The position numbers were made by a program, and so were the translations under genes. Shown here piece after piece: positions 1 to 13,900 of a stretch of DNA of 64,000 bases. Source of the stretch: Lytechinus pictus. Lineage: Eukaryota. The stretch is from contig NC_087251.1 of assembly GCF_037042905.1 (NCBI RefSeq), positions 20,832,001-20,896,000 on the forward strand. Reading direction: 5' to 3'. Within the stretch, counting starts at the first letter, position 1; each line of letters begins with the position of its first letter. The notes beneath the pieces were generated by a model, which had not been told where the DNA came from, did not search any database, and saw only the letters and a list, made by a program, of their open reading frames with translations.

Positions 1-1754
1 ATAGTGTACTCTCTATTGATTTTATTTTGTTTACACAAGTGAGGCATTGTTTCCACCAGTAGGAATATATACTCCAGTCAGGATTATAATGAGAATGTTC
101 ATTACACTACTTTGTTTACGTTAATTTGCTTAGAGAAATAAATTGTAGCAGGTATAGGTCTACTTTTCTGAAATGTGATTTTGCATTTGAGTACTGGTAA
201 ATAAAAAATAATAGAGACTACATGCATTTTTAACATATTTTACAGTGTACACACAATCATATTTCATTAATGCCATCTATTTTTTTCACTTGAGGCTGAT
301 ATACATCATACAAAATTTGTATGAATAAAACATTTGTTGTACTCATAAAGTTCTGTGTACTCACAAAATGGTGCATCTGTTGTGAAGAAAAAAATTCTCC
401 ATTTTACAGCAAGTGACTGGATTTAGCACCCATTGTTGGAAACCACAAGTTCCTTCTCTTATAGGTAGCTTAAAACTGTTGGGTTTTTTAGGATCAGGTG
501 TGAAATCATTTGTGTATTGATATGCTGAAGGTACAATAAAAATCATTTTTAATTTTTTTAGAAAATGAAATTTCATTGTTTTTTTTAATATCATACGATA
601 TGTACATGTATGTATGTACTTGTAGGAAGGCTGTTCTCATGTTCTGTCACAAATCAAATAATTCAAATAAATGGATTTTCCTCAAACCTTTGCCAGTATT
701 TTTATTATTTTATCTGCTACTTTTACAATAAACATTTTGTCAGTGTTAACTTCCCTTATAGAGTTCACTGTACTCCTCCAACCTGGTGTTTATGGAAGCA
801 CCCCATCCCCATGTATCCTCTCCCTGTATAATTCTAAAAAGTCTGTACCCTTTAGGCAGTAAACCCCCCTTTTCATCTATTTTCTTATAAAACTAGTTGG
901 GTAGTGGAAATCAGTTTTGTAATGGGGATGCTTGAAGCAGTCTTAGAAGCGACTTGGAAAACAACCTCATGATGTGGTTTGAAGACAGAGCCATTCTTTG
1001 GGAAGCGATTCTCGCACATTTTGGGCGCGCATCTCGGTACCCACTGTGCATAAAATGCATACACTGTGGTTTCAAATGTTAGGTGAAACATGTGACCCCA
1101 CTGAGAGTTTTCCCATAGCAACAAGACCACTTTACATGGAGTGATTCTGAAAACCAGTTCAGGAGAAGGTGATGAGAACGCTAGCAAAGCGATCTCCTAT
1201 GAAGTTGGTCTCCTAAACTGGTAGGGAAACCATTTAAAAGTAGACGAGAATGGAGTTTATGATCTGAAAAGCTTTTTGTCCAACTACATATTTTTTCAGT
1301 CGGATAGGCTAGATCTGGGAGTTTGTCCTGCTCTGCTCCATTACCCTTTTCTCACAATTTTTTTAAACCGTGTCCGGACACCCGACCCCTATCCTATAGG
1401 GGATTACAGAATTTTATGTGAAAATATTTCCTCAGCCTAGTTTGAAGGCACAGACCCTGATTGAAACTTTGATCAACAAGTGGGTCTTCACACAAGACTA
1501 GAATGGCATTCAGTACACAAGTCATTGTAGGCTGCATATTCAGATCACTTAATAACTCAAGCAAATGGTTTGCACAGCAGAATATCCTTAGCTGGTGTTA
1601 GGCAGAAAATTTGGTTCATCTTATTAGAATAAAATTTAGTATGGGATAAAGGATAGACCCAGGTTATGAAAGTCCAGGGTTAAAAAACTGTCATGTGAAA
1701 ATGCTTTTTTAGCATACAGTTTCAAAGCAAACTGTGTTTGTGCGCAATGTGGGT

Positions 1755-1960
1755 ATTTGGCTCAGTGGTAGAGGGGCTGCTTGATGAATGGATCTACGGG
1801 CTCAAATCCCAGTTAAGTCATTCTGAGAAGTAGTAAAAATGGAACATTCTGTCTTTGAGCTTGGCACTCTTCCTTTTCAAAGGGGTATGTTATCTAGGGC
1901 CTGCTGGTAAAGCAGCTTTATTACTGAAGTGCTAGCTACTCTGTGAAATAAAACAGTTTT
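1755..1960 (+). mobile_element. Degenerate tRNA-derived SINE
   Basis: tggctcagtggtagag A box, gggctcaaatccc B box-like, aataaa tail. Confidence 0.55.
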
Positions 1961-2229
1961 AATATTACATGTATAATTAGTCTAAACCAGACAATGGAAA
2001 ACTGATTCTTGTGTCAAGTATTTATAGCAGGTTTATAACCAAAACCTCTCTCATTTGACTTAAAAAAAAAGACTTGTTTTTCCTCATCTTTTGTGTTGTT
2101 TGAAAATAAGTGGAATTATATTCTATATTTCTTATATTTTATTGTTTTATGTTGCGAGGCATATATAGTCACCCACTCGAACTACTCAGTGACAGTGTGG
2201 AGAAATCACACGTTCACTAGCATTCGCAA

Positions 2230-2677
2230 TAGACCAGTTCGTTGTTATTTCATGGACAATTTTGGTCAAATGACCTTTCATTTTTTCATTATGATAGGCA
2301 GATTTCAAAGCAATATATTACGTAAGCTTGCCTTACATAGCAGGATGAAGAAATTGAATAGACCAGGTGACTAGAATAGCACACCAATGAACACTTTATG
2401 AAGGCATTTGTTGGATTCCTACTTTGAATGCATATCATAGCATGTTGCACAATGTACTTGGGAAACTGTGAAATACCAGTCGTTAGTGGACGCATTGTTT
2501 TTTGTGGATGTAAACGAAAACCACAATTCAAAAGAATATATGAATAATCAAGACATCAAAGTTGGTGCTTATCTCATTAGATTTTAAACCACCGTGTCAC
2601 TTTAGTACAAATGACCTTCCTCTGATCATGCGTAGAATCTTTTGATCATGCGCAGAAAGGAACTACGAACTGGCTTA
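2230..2677. mobile_element. MITE with TAG-like termini
   Basis: tagaccagttcgttgtt / aactacgaactggctta. Confidence 0.6.
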
Positions 2678-3417
2678 TAGGATTTGCACGCAAATGGAGC
2701 TTGATGTGGGAGAGCCAATCACGTCTCTGGTACTCATACACATCAAATTTGAGTCAATTCAGAGACCGATGCGACTCTGCGAGGCATTTTAGTGCTTTTT
2801 AATTGGTGATTTCCATCTTGTGTATTATTTTGGTTATTTTCAAATGGCCTAATGATAATCCCCACATTATTACCTTTCCATTGATATATAATAAGGCCAT
2901 ATGTTCAAAATCAATATATTTCTCCTTTAAAGTTGGTGTGGGTGAAATGAACATGCAACGTTTGTTGCATAGAGTTTTATTTATCTACAGACAAAACTTT
3001 GATTCATACATGTGTGATGGAGGGAAGGAATATTTTATGGTATACTCTTATTGAAAAAACAACATGCTACATGTATGTACATGTACATGTACCCCAATTG
3101 TGGATTTATGAGTTAGACAGATACATAATGTACTTTATACTCCACATGGTAATATTACAGGTACCTTTCTGGTTCTGGAGTAGTACTTGAGTTTTCTATT
3201 CATCAATCTGTTTCACAGATGTTTAGTTGAAGCTTGTCCACATAATTTATAGAAAGTATTAATACAGTCTCCCTGTAGCTACATGAATGTATGAAAGTTG
3301 TATTGAAATTTATACTTGTCTGGAATCTCGGATCTTTCCTCACATGTTGATGATCTCACAAAATTTCAGTCTTCAATAGTTGATATATATATAAATTATA
3401 TTCATTAGAAATGTGAT

Positions 3418-3850
3418 TTTTGTCTCGCCTGCATAGCAGAGCAAGACTATAGACGCCGCTTTTCTGACAGCGGCGGCGGCGTCGTCAACATTGAAATCTT
3501 AACCAAGGTTAAGTTTTTTAAATGTCCTCATATCTTAGAAAGTATATGGACCTAGTTCATGAAACTTGGATCTAATTAATCAAGTATTACTGAACATCCT
3601 GTCTGAGTTTCAGGTCACATGACCAAGGTCAAAGGTTATTTAGGGTCAATGAACGTAGACCATGTTGGGGGAATCAATATCGAAATCTTAACCAAGATTT
3701 TTTGTTGTTGTATTTTTGTTAGTGAAAGAATCAAACATTTACATAGAGAAGAAAAACATCCAAGATTAAGTTTTTGAAATGTCGTCATAGACCTAGTTCA
3801 TGAAACTTGTACATACATGTATAAAGGGTGATAGTGTATCACTGAAGATC
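3418..3850 (+). mobile_element. 3'-truncated copy of the same HINE-like family
   Basis: tttttgtctcgcctgcatagcagag..gcggcggcgtc..gacctagttcatgaaacttgg; colinear with 32786-33200. Confidence 0.8.
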
Positions 3851-4244
3851 AGTCAGTCGGCAGGTCCCAAGAAAGTGGCTTCTTTCATCCAAGTGATATT
3901 CATGACTTGAGAAGTTTTGCATAGTTAATGAGCTTGATGCGGACCAAAACACCTCTTTTCATTCGGTCATTGCTACTCTATTATTGCGCATCGAATTTCA
4001 TGATTTTGGTATCATTGTAAAGAAGAAGAATCATTCTTTTATGTTATGTGTTTGTATTTATTCACAGATTTTGTAATATAGGTTAAAATTTTGATCTAAA
4101 ATATGCTACAAAATAATTATTTTCACCTGACAAAAGCTGCTATTTTTTACACTTTATTTTTGTTTGAGCCCAAATGATTTTTCGATCATGATAAAGCTGA
4201 ATATATATGCTTTAAAATGATATAGATTTCAAAATAAGAATTGG

Positions 4245-4540
4245 TTTAATCGGGTCAAGATCACACTTTTCATTGGCCAAGTACATAAAGCAGCTTGAAA
4301 ACAAGAATACTGCACTCTGATTGGTCAAAGAGACCACACACTGGCAAATTCCAACAGTTCCTGTGCCTGGGTTAATGGGAAGGTCACACTTCCCATGTGA
4401 TAATCTCCTCAAATTACCCGCGCCTGTTGTTCTGTGAATCTTATCCAGCCAATCAGAACTCTGGATTTCTTGCAAGTACAAAATTTCAGAAATCTCGTCT
4501 TGTACCTTGGTGGGAAAAGTGTGATCTTGACCCGATTAAA
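4245..4540. mobile_element. Inverted-repeat element (26-bp perfect arms)
   Basis: tttaatcgggtcaagatcacactttt / aaaagtgtgatcttgacccgattaaa. Confidence 0.7.
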
Positions 4541-4601
4541 AGGTGCCGCATATCAAGAGTGGCATTGTGAGAAAGTACAGAAGTTCAGCTTTATGGTGAT
4601 A

Positions 4602-5150
4602 TACAGTGCGTCCCAGAAAAAACGAAACCGAGATTTATTGATGATTTATCACAAATACAATAGACAAGTGACCTACCATTGTAGAGCTTAGAATCTCCTC
4701 TATCATGTGAAATTACTTAGATTATTTCTCATTTACGCATGAGTGAGCAAAAACAATTTGAAGAGGGGATGCCAAAAAGTCACTTGCAGGCTGTATCTGG
4801 GTTTCAAAAGGAAAACCACATTAAAAAAAAAATTCTTTCTTTGTTCTTATTCTTTGATTTTTCTGTTTCGACACAAGCCTACTTATTCCAAAGGTTTCAT
4901 TCCCCTTTAATAATCACCTACTTTTAACCCTGCAATGTAGCCTTCAAATGCCTTTGTCCATTAAAATTTGTTTCTGTTCGCTGAAATCCATGTGGGACAG
5001 TTTGTGGAAACCATAATAAATTGTACAATTGCGCTCAACAATAAATCTATGGCAAACCATGTAAAAAAGTTGCACTTACGAATAGGAATATGAATTCACT
5101 TTAAAAATTACTGATACTAGTATATAAAGAATGGCCAATGAATTTACAAT
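4602..5150 (+). mobile_element. Tc1/mariner-type MITE left end (right end not seen)
   Basis: TA|CAGTGCGTCCCAGAAAAAACG terminus. Confidence 0.45.
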
Positions 5151-6881
5151 TACAAAATTGCTCATATGTATTAATCTTGTATAATAAAGTTGGTCTCACT
5201 CCCTTGCTTCACTGAACATGGCTAAATTTCCCTACCAGAGAATACCTGGCAGTCTCGAACTTCAAGGCAGTCTGAACTGAGTGAACTCTGAATACGCCTT
5301 TTATAGGCTGCCTACCATACATGTACATGTAGGTTGTTGCTGAAAGCACAGCAAGTATACTTTTTGGTTGTGTGTTTGTCCCTCTTTTTTTTTTAAGTGT
5401 TAAAGAAATGTTTGTAAAACGTTATCCAAGTGTACATGTATATATATATAGAGGTGTGACAATGATAATTCATTTTGGGGACTTCATGGTTAAAATATCA
5501 GTATGTTTTATTACAATAATAAAAGAACCTTTTGAGGAATCAACTTCAAATTGGCTCATTAGGTCAAAGGTCACAGCCTGGTGAAAATTTTGAAAATGTT
5601 AATATTGCAATCAGTGAAGAACCCTTTTAATAGTGTGCAGTATACCCCGGTATGTGTCTGGGAATAGCAGAGGAAGTAGATTTTTGATTGCCCAGTTATA
5701 ATAAGAAGTTATCTACGGTAATTATAAAAAAACGGTAATATAGGTTTAAGAGAAATGTGTTTAGTAGTTTCTGCACAATAGCAGTGTGTGATTGATGGGT
5801 GGGGTTTGGAAAAATTATTATTGATCTCTGATTGTGGCAGCTCTCTCTCTCCCAAGTTTAGATAGCATTTCTTGTCAAATATTTGATTATTGTACAGTTT
5901 ATTTGAAAAGAAATATGTACATGTAGGCATACAACATGTATATTATTTTGATTAAACAATTGGGACTCTGTAATGTACACACAAGGAGTCTTTGATTATT
6001 GTAATGTACACTTCACTGTTGGTCTACTATAGAATTTGTGATACGAATTGGGTGGTAATTAGTTGGGGTTTGTATTTGTTCAAATTTGATTGTACTTGTC
6101 AATTCTAAATTCAAATTAGCTTTATCAATGCCATGCTGTATGTATCTCTATGACTAAACAAGTATTTTTAATCATCTGCAATATTAATTTAAAAACAAAT
6201 ATTTTTACCCATAGAGATGTATTTGATATTGGATAGGGCTCAAGTCCTTACTAAGTAATGCTCTTCTTTAACATTAAAAACATTTGTTTACATTTGGTTT
6301 GAAGGTGTGAATGGAATTTGGAACCTGGTACTTTTACAACATGATAGATATGAGCACTATGTCAAGTGGCCATTATTATTGTTATCATTTGAAATAACTG
6401 TTTTGAAATTTGAAGAATATATCTTTTGTTAGGTTTCCAGTCAACAAGTGTGTAAAATCTTACATACACATAGTCTGTACATGTATGTACATGTTGGTTT
6501 CTATCGTCACCTTCATGTGTTTGTCATTTTCATTGTGTCCTTCCCACTCACACTATTTTTTTCTGCAGTATAGGCCTATGTACATGTAGCTCTTTATTAT
6601 TATAACCCATTTTAGACATACATGTACATGTTGGAAAGGCATTTAAGTGCTACTTTTATCATAGCACTATTTTCTAATTTTAGGCAAATTTTTTATAATG
6701 CACAGAATTTCATCATTTCTTTCCGGATCAAAATGAAATTGTTAAAGATGCATGTTAAAGCAGTACATTCAGTATGTGACACTGATCTGATAGTGAGTCT
6801 ATGTGGTGATAAAGAGTAATATGCCTGAACAAATTACCACTTTTTGATCATTTTCTGTGAACTACCTTTTTCACTCTGCAG

Positions 6882-6912
6882 CCCAGATACAATGTTGGCC
6901 ATCCTTGGAATG
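6882..6912 (+). CDS. Possible upstream micro-exon of the BTB gene (ATG 6892, MLAILGM)
   Basis: Pyrimidine-rich ctctgcag acceptor; 7 codons then gtaaca donor in phase 0; would join the open frame at 7448 (SEQRVPHLGHR-MMPV). Confidence 0.35.
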
Positions 6913-7480
6913 GTAACACAAACAATGTTCCTTGTCATTTCTTGAACTACTGGGTAGTATGCAACTTACAACACCTCGGCTATGGTCATCTGATACCTCT
7001 GCATTTGCCATCGAATTAACTTACCCTCTCTCACAGTAGCCTGCTGAAATTGCTGCATTCAAGCCAGCCTAACTTCTCATTTCCCCAAGAAGTTAGACCG
7101 CCCTAGGACCACTTGTACCTTTTAAGCTAGCGGTTGGACCTCCCTCGACCCATTCCTAAAACAGGTTAATAACGGTTGCCACTGTCACTCAAAAGCTTGC
7201 AATGGCCCAATTTTTGGTTTATCACAATCATGAGTTTAGGCAGCCTTGATCTTGAAGTGTAAGGTTGAATTTTCAGAAGAGAAATAATGTGTATCAAGTC
7301 AAAATAGAAATTTATTATTCCAGTATACATGGAGAGAGAGAGAGAAAGACTGGGAGAGAGATAAAGACTCTTTGAACTGTATCATGAACTTGACTATGGA
7401 TTGAGAAGTTATTTTGATAATTTAATTTTCTATTCATTCACTTTCAGTCTGAACAGCGAGTTCCTCACCTGGGTCACAGG

Positions 7481-7921
7481 ATGATGCCTGTAGCTGGTGT
7501 ACCCGGAGCCCAAGGAGGGGGTAATCCTGGACAAGGTGGAGCCCTGGCTCCAGGACAACCAGGGGCAGGAGGTGCAGTTGGAGGGGGTGCAGCAGGAGCA
7601 AACCAAGGTGGAGGCAATGAGATCAGTCCACTTCAGGCCTTTTACTTTGCCGTGATTAGCCAACCGCAGCCACCCATCATGATATCTGCTGTTCCAGAGG
7701 ACCTAGACAAAGATTCGGTTCCACAGGGACGAGTCGATTGCTATGGTAATGAAAGGAAGGCTCTAGCGGACATGACACGGTTCTATAATAACCCTCAGCT
7801 GAGTGATATTAAACTGAAAGTTGGCTTTGAAGAGTTCAATGCTCACAAGTTGGTGTTGGTCAGATGCAGTGAGGTCTTTGAGAGAATGTTTAGCGCAGAT
7901 TGGTCTGGGAAAAACAAGAAA
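7481..7921 (+). CDS. BTB-BACK gene coding exon A (Gly/Ala/Pro/Gln-rich N-terminus + N-half of BTB)
   Basis: Acceptor ctttcag at 7441-7447; ORF open from 7448; ATG 7481; donor gtgagt at 7922. Confidence 0.88.
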
Positions 7922-10900
7922 GTGAGTATTTTTTCAACAAAATCGTACATACTGGTATCAATTGTAGGTACAATCATATCTTCTTGTTTGTCTGGCCACC
8001 TCAGGAGTAACCCTATCATTAACTTAAATGGCAGGATAAAGAAAGTTGCATAGTGGGACACCATTGAACTGGAGATTTATAGGATAGAGGGGCTTATTGT
8101 TGTAGATTGTCCATTTTTTTTTTTTTTTTTAAGGATTCTAGATTATTGATTATGTAATTTCATTTGTAAGATATGAAATTACATGCAAAAACAAATTAAA
8201 ATTTGAGGTGGAAATTGATAATGTTTCTAGCTTTTTTCTGCGTATGTTCAGTATAGACGTACTATTATGCGGGATACATAGCAAGTTTTGTCCTGAATAA
8301 ATGAAGGCCAGAAACAGGGTTGAACCATGGATCTACATGTATTAGAGATGGACATTCAACGCTATCATTTCTTTGATCGAACGAGATCTGCCACCTAGTG
8401 ATCATGTGCATCTTAATGAGAACATACAGGTGTTTTGACAAAATTTTGCGACTACCAAGGCGTATCTGATTATTTCCAAAGGCACAGCTTCGCTGGTTTG
8501 GGTTTTGTTGGCTGATGCCCTGTCTTAGAAAATGTTTTTTTATCAACATGCTTTAGATTTGAAGCAGCAAAATTAAGAAGCAGACGATTTTGTGACATAA
8601 AATATGTTATTATTTGATCCGCACACTTCCGCATGCACATACATGTAAGGACCTCAATAACATTAAGAAATAAACGCTCTCTACACGATATGAGCCATGT
8701 ATCTCTGGAATATTAAGAGGAAATTTTGAAAAATGGGATTATAAATAATAGACAATCAATCACAATATTGCCTCTATCTTAAAGGACAAGTCCAACTCAA
8801 CAAAAAGTTTATTTGAATAAAAAGAGAAAAACCCAACAAGTATAACACTGAAAATTTCATCAAATCGGATGTCAAATAAAAAAGTTATGACATTTTAAAG
8901 TTTCGCTTAATTTCACATATTGAATAACAGTTAAATGCACATCCTGGTCGGTATGCAAATGAGGAGACTGATGACGTCATCCACTCACTATTTCTTTTGT
9001 ATTTTATTATATGAAATATGAAATATTCTAATTTTTTCCTCATTGTCAATTAAAACAATGATAATTCCTCCCTGAACATATGGAATTTGCATTGTTTAAT
9101 ACTATATGGTTCAGTCAAGTTGGTCCATATTGTCAAATTTGTAAAAAAAATTAAATATTGTATAATTCAAACAATAAAAAACAAAAGAAATAGTGAGTGA
9201 GGGACATCATCGACTGTCTCATTTGCATGTCACTGAGTTGTGCATATCACTGTTTTTTTGAAAAACTTTAAAGTGTCATAACTTTCTTATTTTACATCCG
9301 ATTTTGATGAAATTTTCAGCATTATGCTAGTTTGATTTTTCTCTGTTTATTCAAACCAACATTTTTCTGGGGTGGACTTGATCTTTAAAATATGCATACA
9401 TTTTCCCAAATAAAACACATGGAACTAAGATTGCCAAAGGTAAACCAGAACTGCACATCAATTTTCCAGGATTTAAGTGATTTATCATCTTCTGCACATA
9501 CAGTTTGTGCAATATCAATGTCTAATCACAAATTTCTTTCAACTCATGGCCTAATTGACAGCGGAACGCAGTAGGATGAAAGTAGACAAATATGAAGAGA
9601 ATATTATGCCAACCACAATGACAGTCACATGTTTGTGAATTCATTAACTACATGTATTCGATGAGTGTCTATTTCTAATAGGTCCATGGTTGAACTGTGT
9701 GATATTTGGAAATATGTTGCATGTACTGTATTTGCATGTCTTAATAATGCAATGATGTTCACCTGTTATAGTTTATCCTTGATAGAAAATAATGTTTTCA
9801 CAAGTATCCTAAATCATTTAATCTAATAATTTTGAATTTTCTTCCCTATCACTTTTTAATCCATTTCTCTTATTTGTCCTGAAAGAAATGTATGAATATG
9901 TCCCGAGTACGGTACTGGTATTTTCACTTTTTAGTTTCAGTTTCATTATGCCTGACATTTTTTATAACTGAGTTTTTTTTTTTAAACATTGATCAATCAT
10001 ATATATATATCTGGTACCAATCTTTGAAAGTCACCTTCCAAATGACAATGTTGTAATCCAGAATAGAACTTAGAAGAGTATTTTGTCCTTTGATATCACT
10101 ACATTTACATGTACATACCCATACTAAAATAGGGGGCTATTTTTCCACTTCTGTGTATATCAAATTATTGCTAGTATTGAATCCAGTGGTAATTTATAGC
10201 CCGTGTTGTTTTGTAACTCACCTAATAGGCTATTGCCTACAGCCTCCTAAGTACGGGATAGTCAAAGCCGACTAATACTACATAATTTGAACAAGGAGAA
10301 AGATCTTGATATGGCCTGAGGGTTGAGAAGTATCAAATCAGTGCTTTTACTTTGAGGAATCATTATTAAACATCTTTACAATTGTCGCATGATTTGCACA
10401 TTCATTGTCCTGTGATGTCAGCACGTACGAGATTGATTGGATTGATAATGTCTGTACAAAGTTGACTACTACATTGTACAACTGTTGAATATTATTCATG
10501 AGATTCAGAGGGACATGGGGAAAGACATCGCTCTTACACTGGAGTACACCTTCGCATCTGTTTTTTCAGAGTGCAGTTTGAATGTGACGCACACATGATG
10601 GACATATGTAGTATTCTGTACATTTGTGTTTGTGAGGAGTATTATTTGATTCTTTGGGAGACATAATGGATTGCATCATGTCTACATTGTACAGTGAGAT
10701 GGATGTGCATCAGTTATTTTTATTCCTTTTCACTGTGGCGTGTCAATGTATGATACATGTACCTACAGATGAAAAGAGTAAGTCAGATCTTATAGTTTTT
10801 ATTCAGATATATTCTGACAAAAATACATGTACAGTGTACATGTATTTCTTGTTCCTGGTTTGTTTTCTGGATTTCAGCTTTTAGTACTTTATAATATGGG

Positions 10901-13900
10901 GCCAAAAGATGAAGTTCCACTCGTTTCTCAAAAAGGTTTATTTCCCTATTTTTGAAAACTAGTGTAACCAAGTTGTGTACATTAGATAATGTTGGCGATA
11001 TAGTGGACTAATGTTCTGTAAACCTTGTGAATGTACTTGTACATAGGCCTGTGTGTGTTTTTTTTTTTTGGGGGGGTATCATTGTACATGTAAGCCTACA
11101 TGTATGATACTACTATAGGACCATATGATAAAAATATTTGTGAAAATGATGATGGTTACTGAAAAATCCACCTTGAACAAGACCATCGCAAGCGTTCAAA
11201 CTTACATGTACCCCATATCGGGGTAAGTTAGAACATGGTATGGGGAATAAAGTTGGAACACTGCATGGTCAATTAAGAATTATACTAAAACTACTTACAA
11301 CCGTAATATTACATGGTTTTAGCCTATGGATTTGCTTTATTTTTTTCAAGTTCAAAATATTAAAAGTGGATTTGTTGAACTTTATGTTTCCTATTTAATA
11401 TACAGCCACTAATGCAAGCCAACTGTGTGTAGTAGAATTCCGCTTATTTGTGTGCGTTTGACTTTACATGCAATTACTAAGTGTATCAGCAATTTCATGT
11501 ACTTCTGCATCAAATTTACATGACAAAAAGTAATTGTTTATATTTGCCCTAAATTTTGAGGGTTTTTTTGTATGTTTTTGGCTTTAACTCTATTTATTAA
11601 GCTAGTAGAATGCTAATTTTTGGTGAGAGTATCAATTTTTAACTTTATAACAAATATCCACAAAAAATTGCAAAAAATATAATTTCTTATGTATTTTTTT
11701 TGTTGTTGTATTTCTTTGTTTTTTCGAACCTTTGTTTTTTATTGTTTTTCTGATGAACTTTGTCGGGGACACTTTTGCGATCATAAATAGCATAAAATAA
11801 ATCCATTTCAATCAACAAAAGTAAAAATAATCATACATTTCTGATTTTTGGTTGAAAAACACAATAACATGGAATCACGTATTTGAGAAATTTTGGGTCC
11901 GGCACGCACATACAAAATGTTACGTAATTTCAAAACCGCGCACCTAGGCATTGCAAATTTGGTCTCAAAAGATGCGCAAGACTTGAAAGTAAAAAGTCAG
12001 CAAGCGGTGGGGTAAAAAAAATTCTCGCGACGTGACAAAATTTGTCGAGGGGGGGGCTCAAATTGACCCCTTCCCCAGTTTGATAACGGTTAATATTGCA
12101 TTAGGGGCCTACAATAGGCCTTAAATGCACACTCAGACCTAACTGAGAAACAAAACAAGCATGGTATACAATACATGTTCAGAAGAGTGTGAAATACTGT
12201 ATACATTTTTTTCTCATATCCAGTGTTTTTATTCATAATTATGTTTGGGGTAAGTTGAAACATGTTCCAACTAGCCCCGTCAATTTTGTTCCAACTTACC
12301 CCAGAGGCCCATTTTGTCATTTATAAGCTTATAGCACAAAAAAGGGACTTCACCATGGCATATTTTGTAGCTTGGTACAAGTGTACACTATATCCCCAAA
12401 CAGGCCAACTTGATCTATAAACTTATCTGAGATAATACAAAATTTCTGAAAGAGAAAAATATTACTCAGAAGGTGAAAAAACAAAAATTCCTTTCTAACT
12501 TCACCAGGTTTGTTGCACATGTGTTGTCTGTAATATGGTGGATGGCTGTTGATAATAGCAATAAATTGAGGGCAGTAAATATAAATTTATTTAAAGGCGT
12601 TAAAGAAAATTACAATGTTTCAACTTACCCCGCGTTCCAACTAACCCCGATCTCCTCTACATGTACATGTATCTGTCATCACATCATTTTGAAAGAGGTC
12701 GTATGCCCCATCCTTGGACATATTGACATGTTTTTCATGTCCATGGTTTTTTATGTACGGTATTGTTGTCTTTAGTAAGAGGTAGCAATTGATTTCATGC
12801 TATTTAAGTATTCATGACTGAAATAGTATTGCAGACTATAAAAAAAAGTTTAAAAACAGAAACAGAATGTATATATGACAGTGGAATGGCCATCTAGATC
12901 AGCTGATCTCTCCCAGCTCTGTTTTTCACACTTGGGGATGGGGGGAGGTGGGCTCCCATTTGACCAGGGCCCAGCTTTAGTTGTCACGGATCACATCCAA
13001 AGGGCTCCTGTCTGTTTACCAAAATGCTCAAGAAAAATGAACTACATGTATTTAATTTTCAAGGTCACATGATCTGGTGGCCCAATAAACTTAAAATTGA
13101 TAAGAAATGTAAAATTTTCCCTAACATATCAACTCTGGCATTGAATTTATTAGCTTCATTGGATGACTTGTCTACGGAAACATATTATATTGAATTGATC
13201 AACACGAAAATCACAAAAACTAGATACTGAACATTAAAGTTATTGCTGAAATGCACTCAGAGTCTCAGACGTGCCCATATTTGGCCCATGTGTGGCCACG
13301 CCCATCCAGATCCGATTTTTGGCCCGCACCTCATTTTTGGCTGATTTCAATAAAAATGAAGTCAAAATGCTCAGGAGATGCACTGCATCAAATAGAAAGG
13401 CAGTGCCCTGTTTACATGTATATAGGAATTTGAAAAATCACTTTTTTTAACCCCAGTATAGCCCACCTCTACTCCAATGGTGTTTTTTTTTTTTTTTTTA
13501 CTTCAAATTATTTTTTAGTGGGAGGGTTTAATAAAATTCAATGAAAATGATTCAGACTACATGTATGATGTATAGAATTTTCAATCTAAAAATCGGTGGC
13601 ATTTGAGCAAGAATGGTTCAGAAATGCTATAAACATAGCTTGAATTATTAATCAAAGGTCTTTGAAGGCGTTACCATGGATGCCCAGAATTTAATTGTCT
13701 CAATGCATTGATCATTTAATATCCTTGGAATTTGTTTTGCTCTTTTTATCCCCCCCCCCATTTGCACTATACCATAATATAGAAATGTGCCGTACATGTA
13801 GATGAAAGATGGGCTTTTCTAAACTGGATTGAAGTGAGGATTTGCTTAGAAACACATGACACTAGTCACAAAACTAAACCACAGATACCATCGATTAAAA

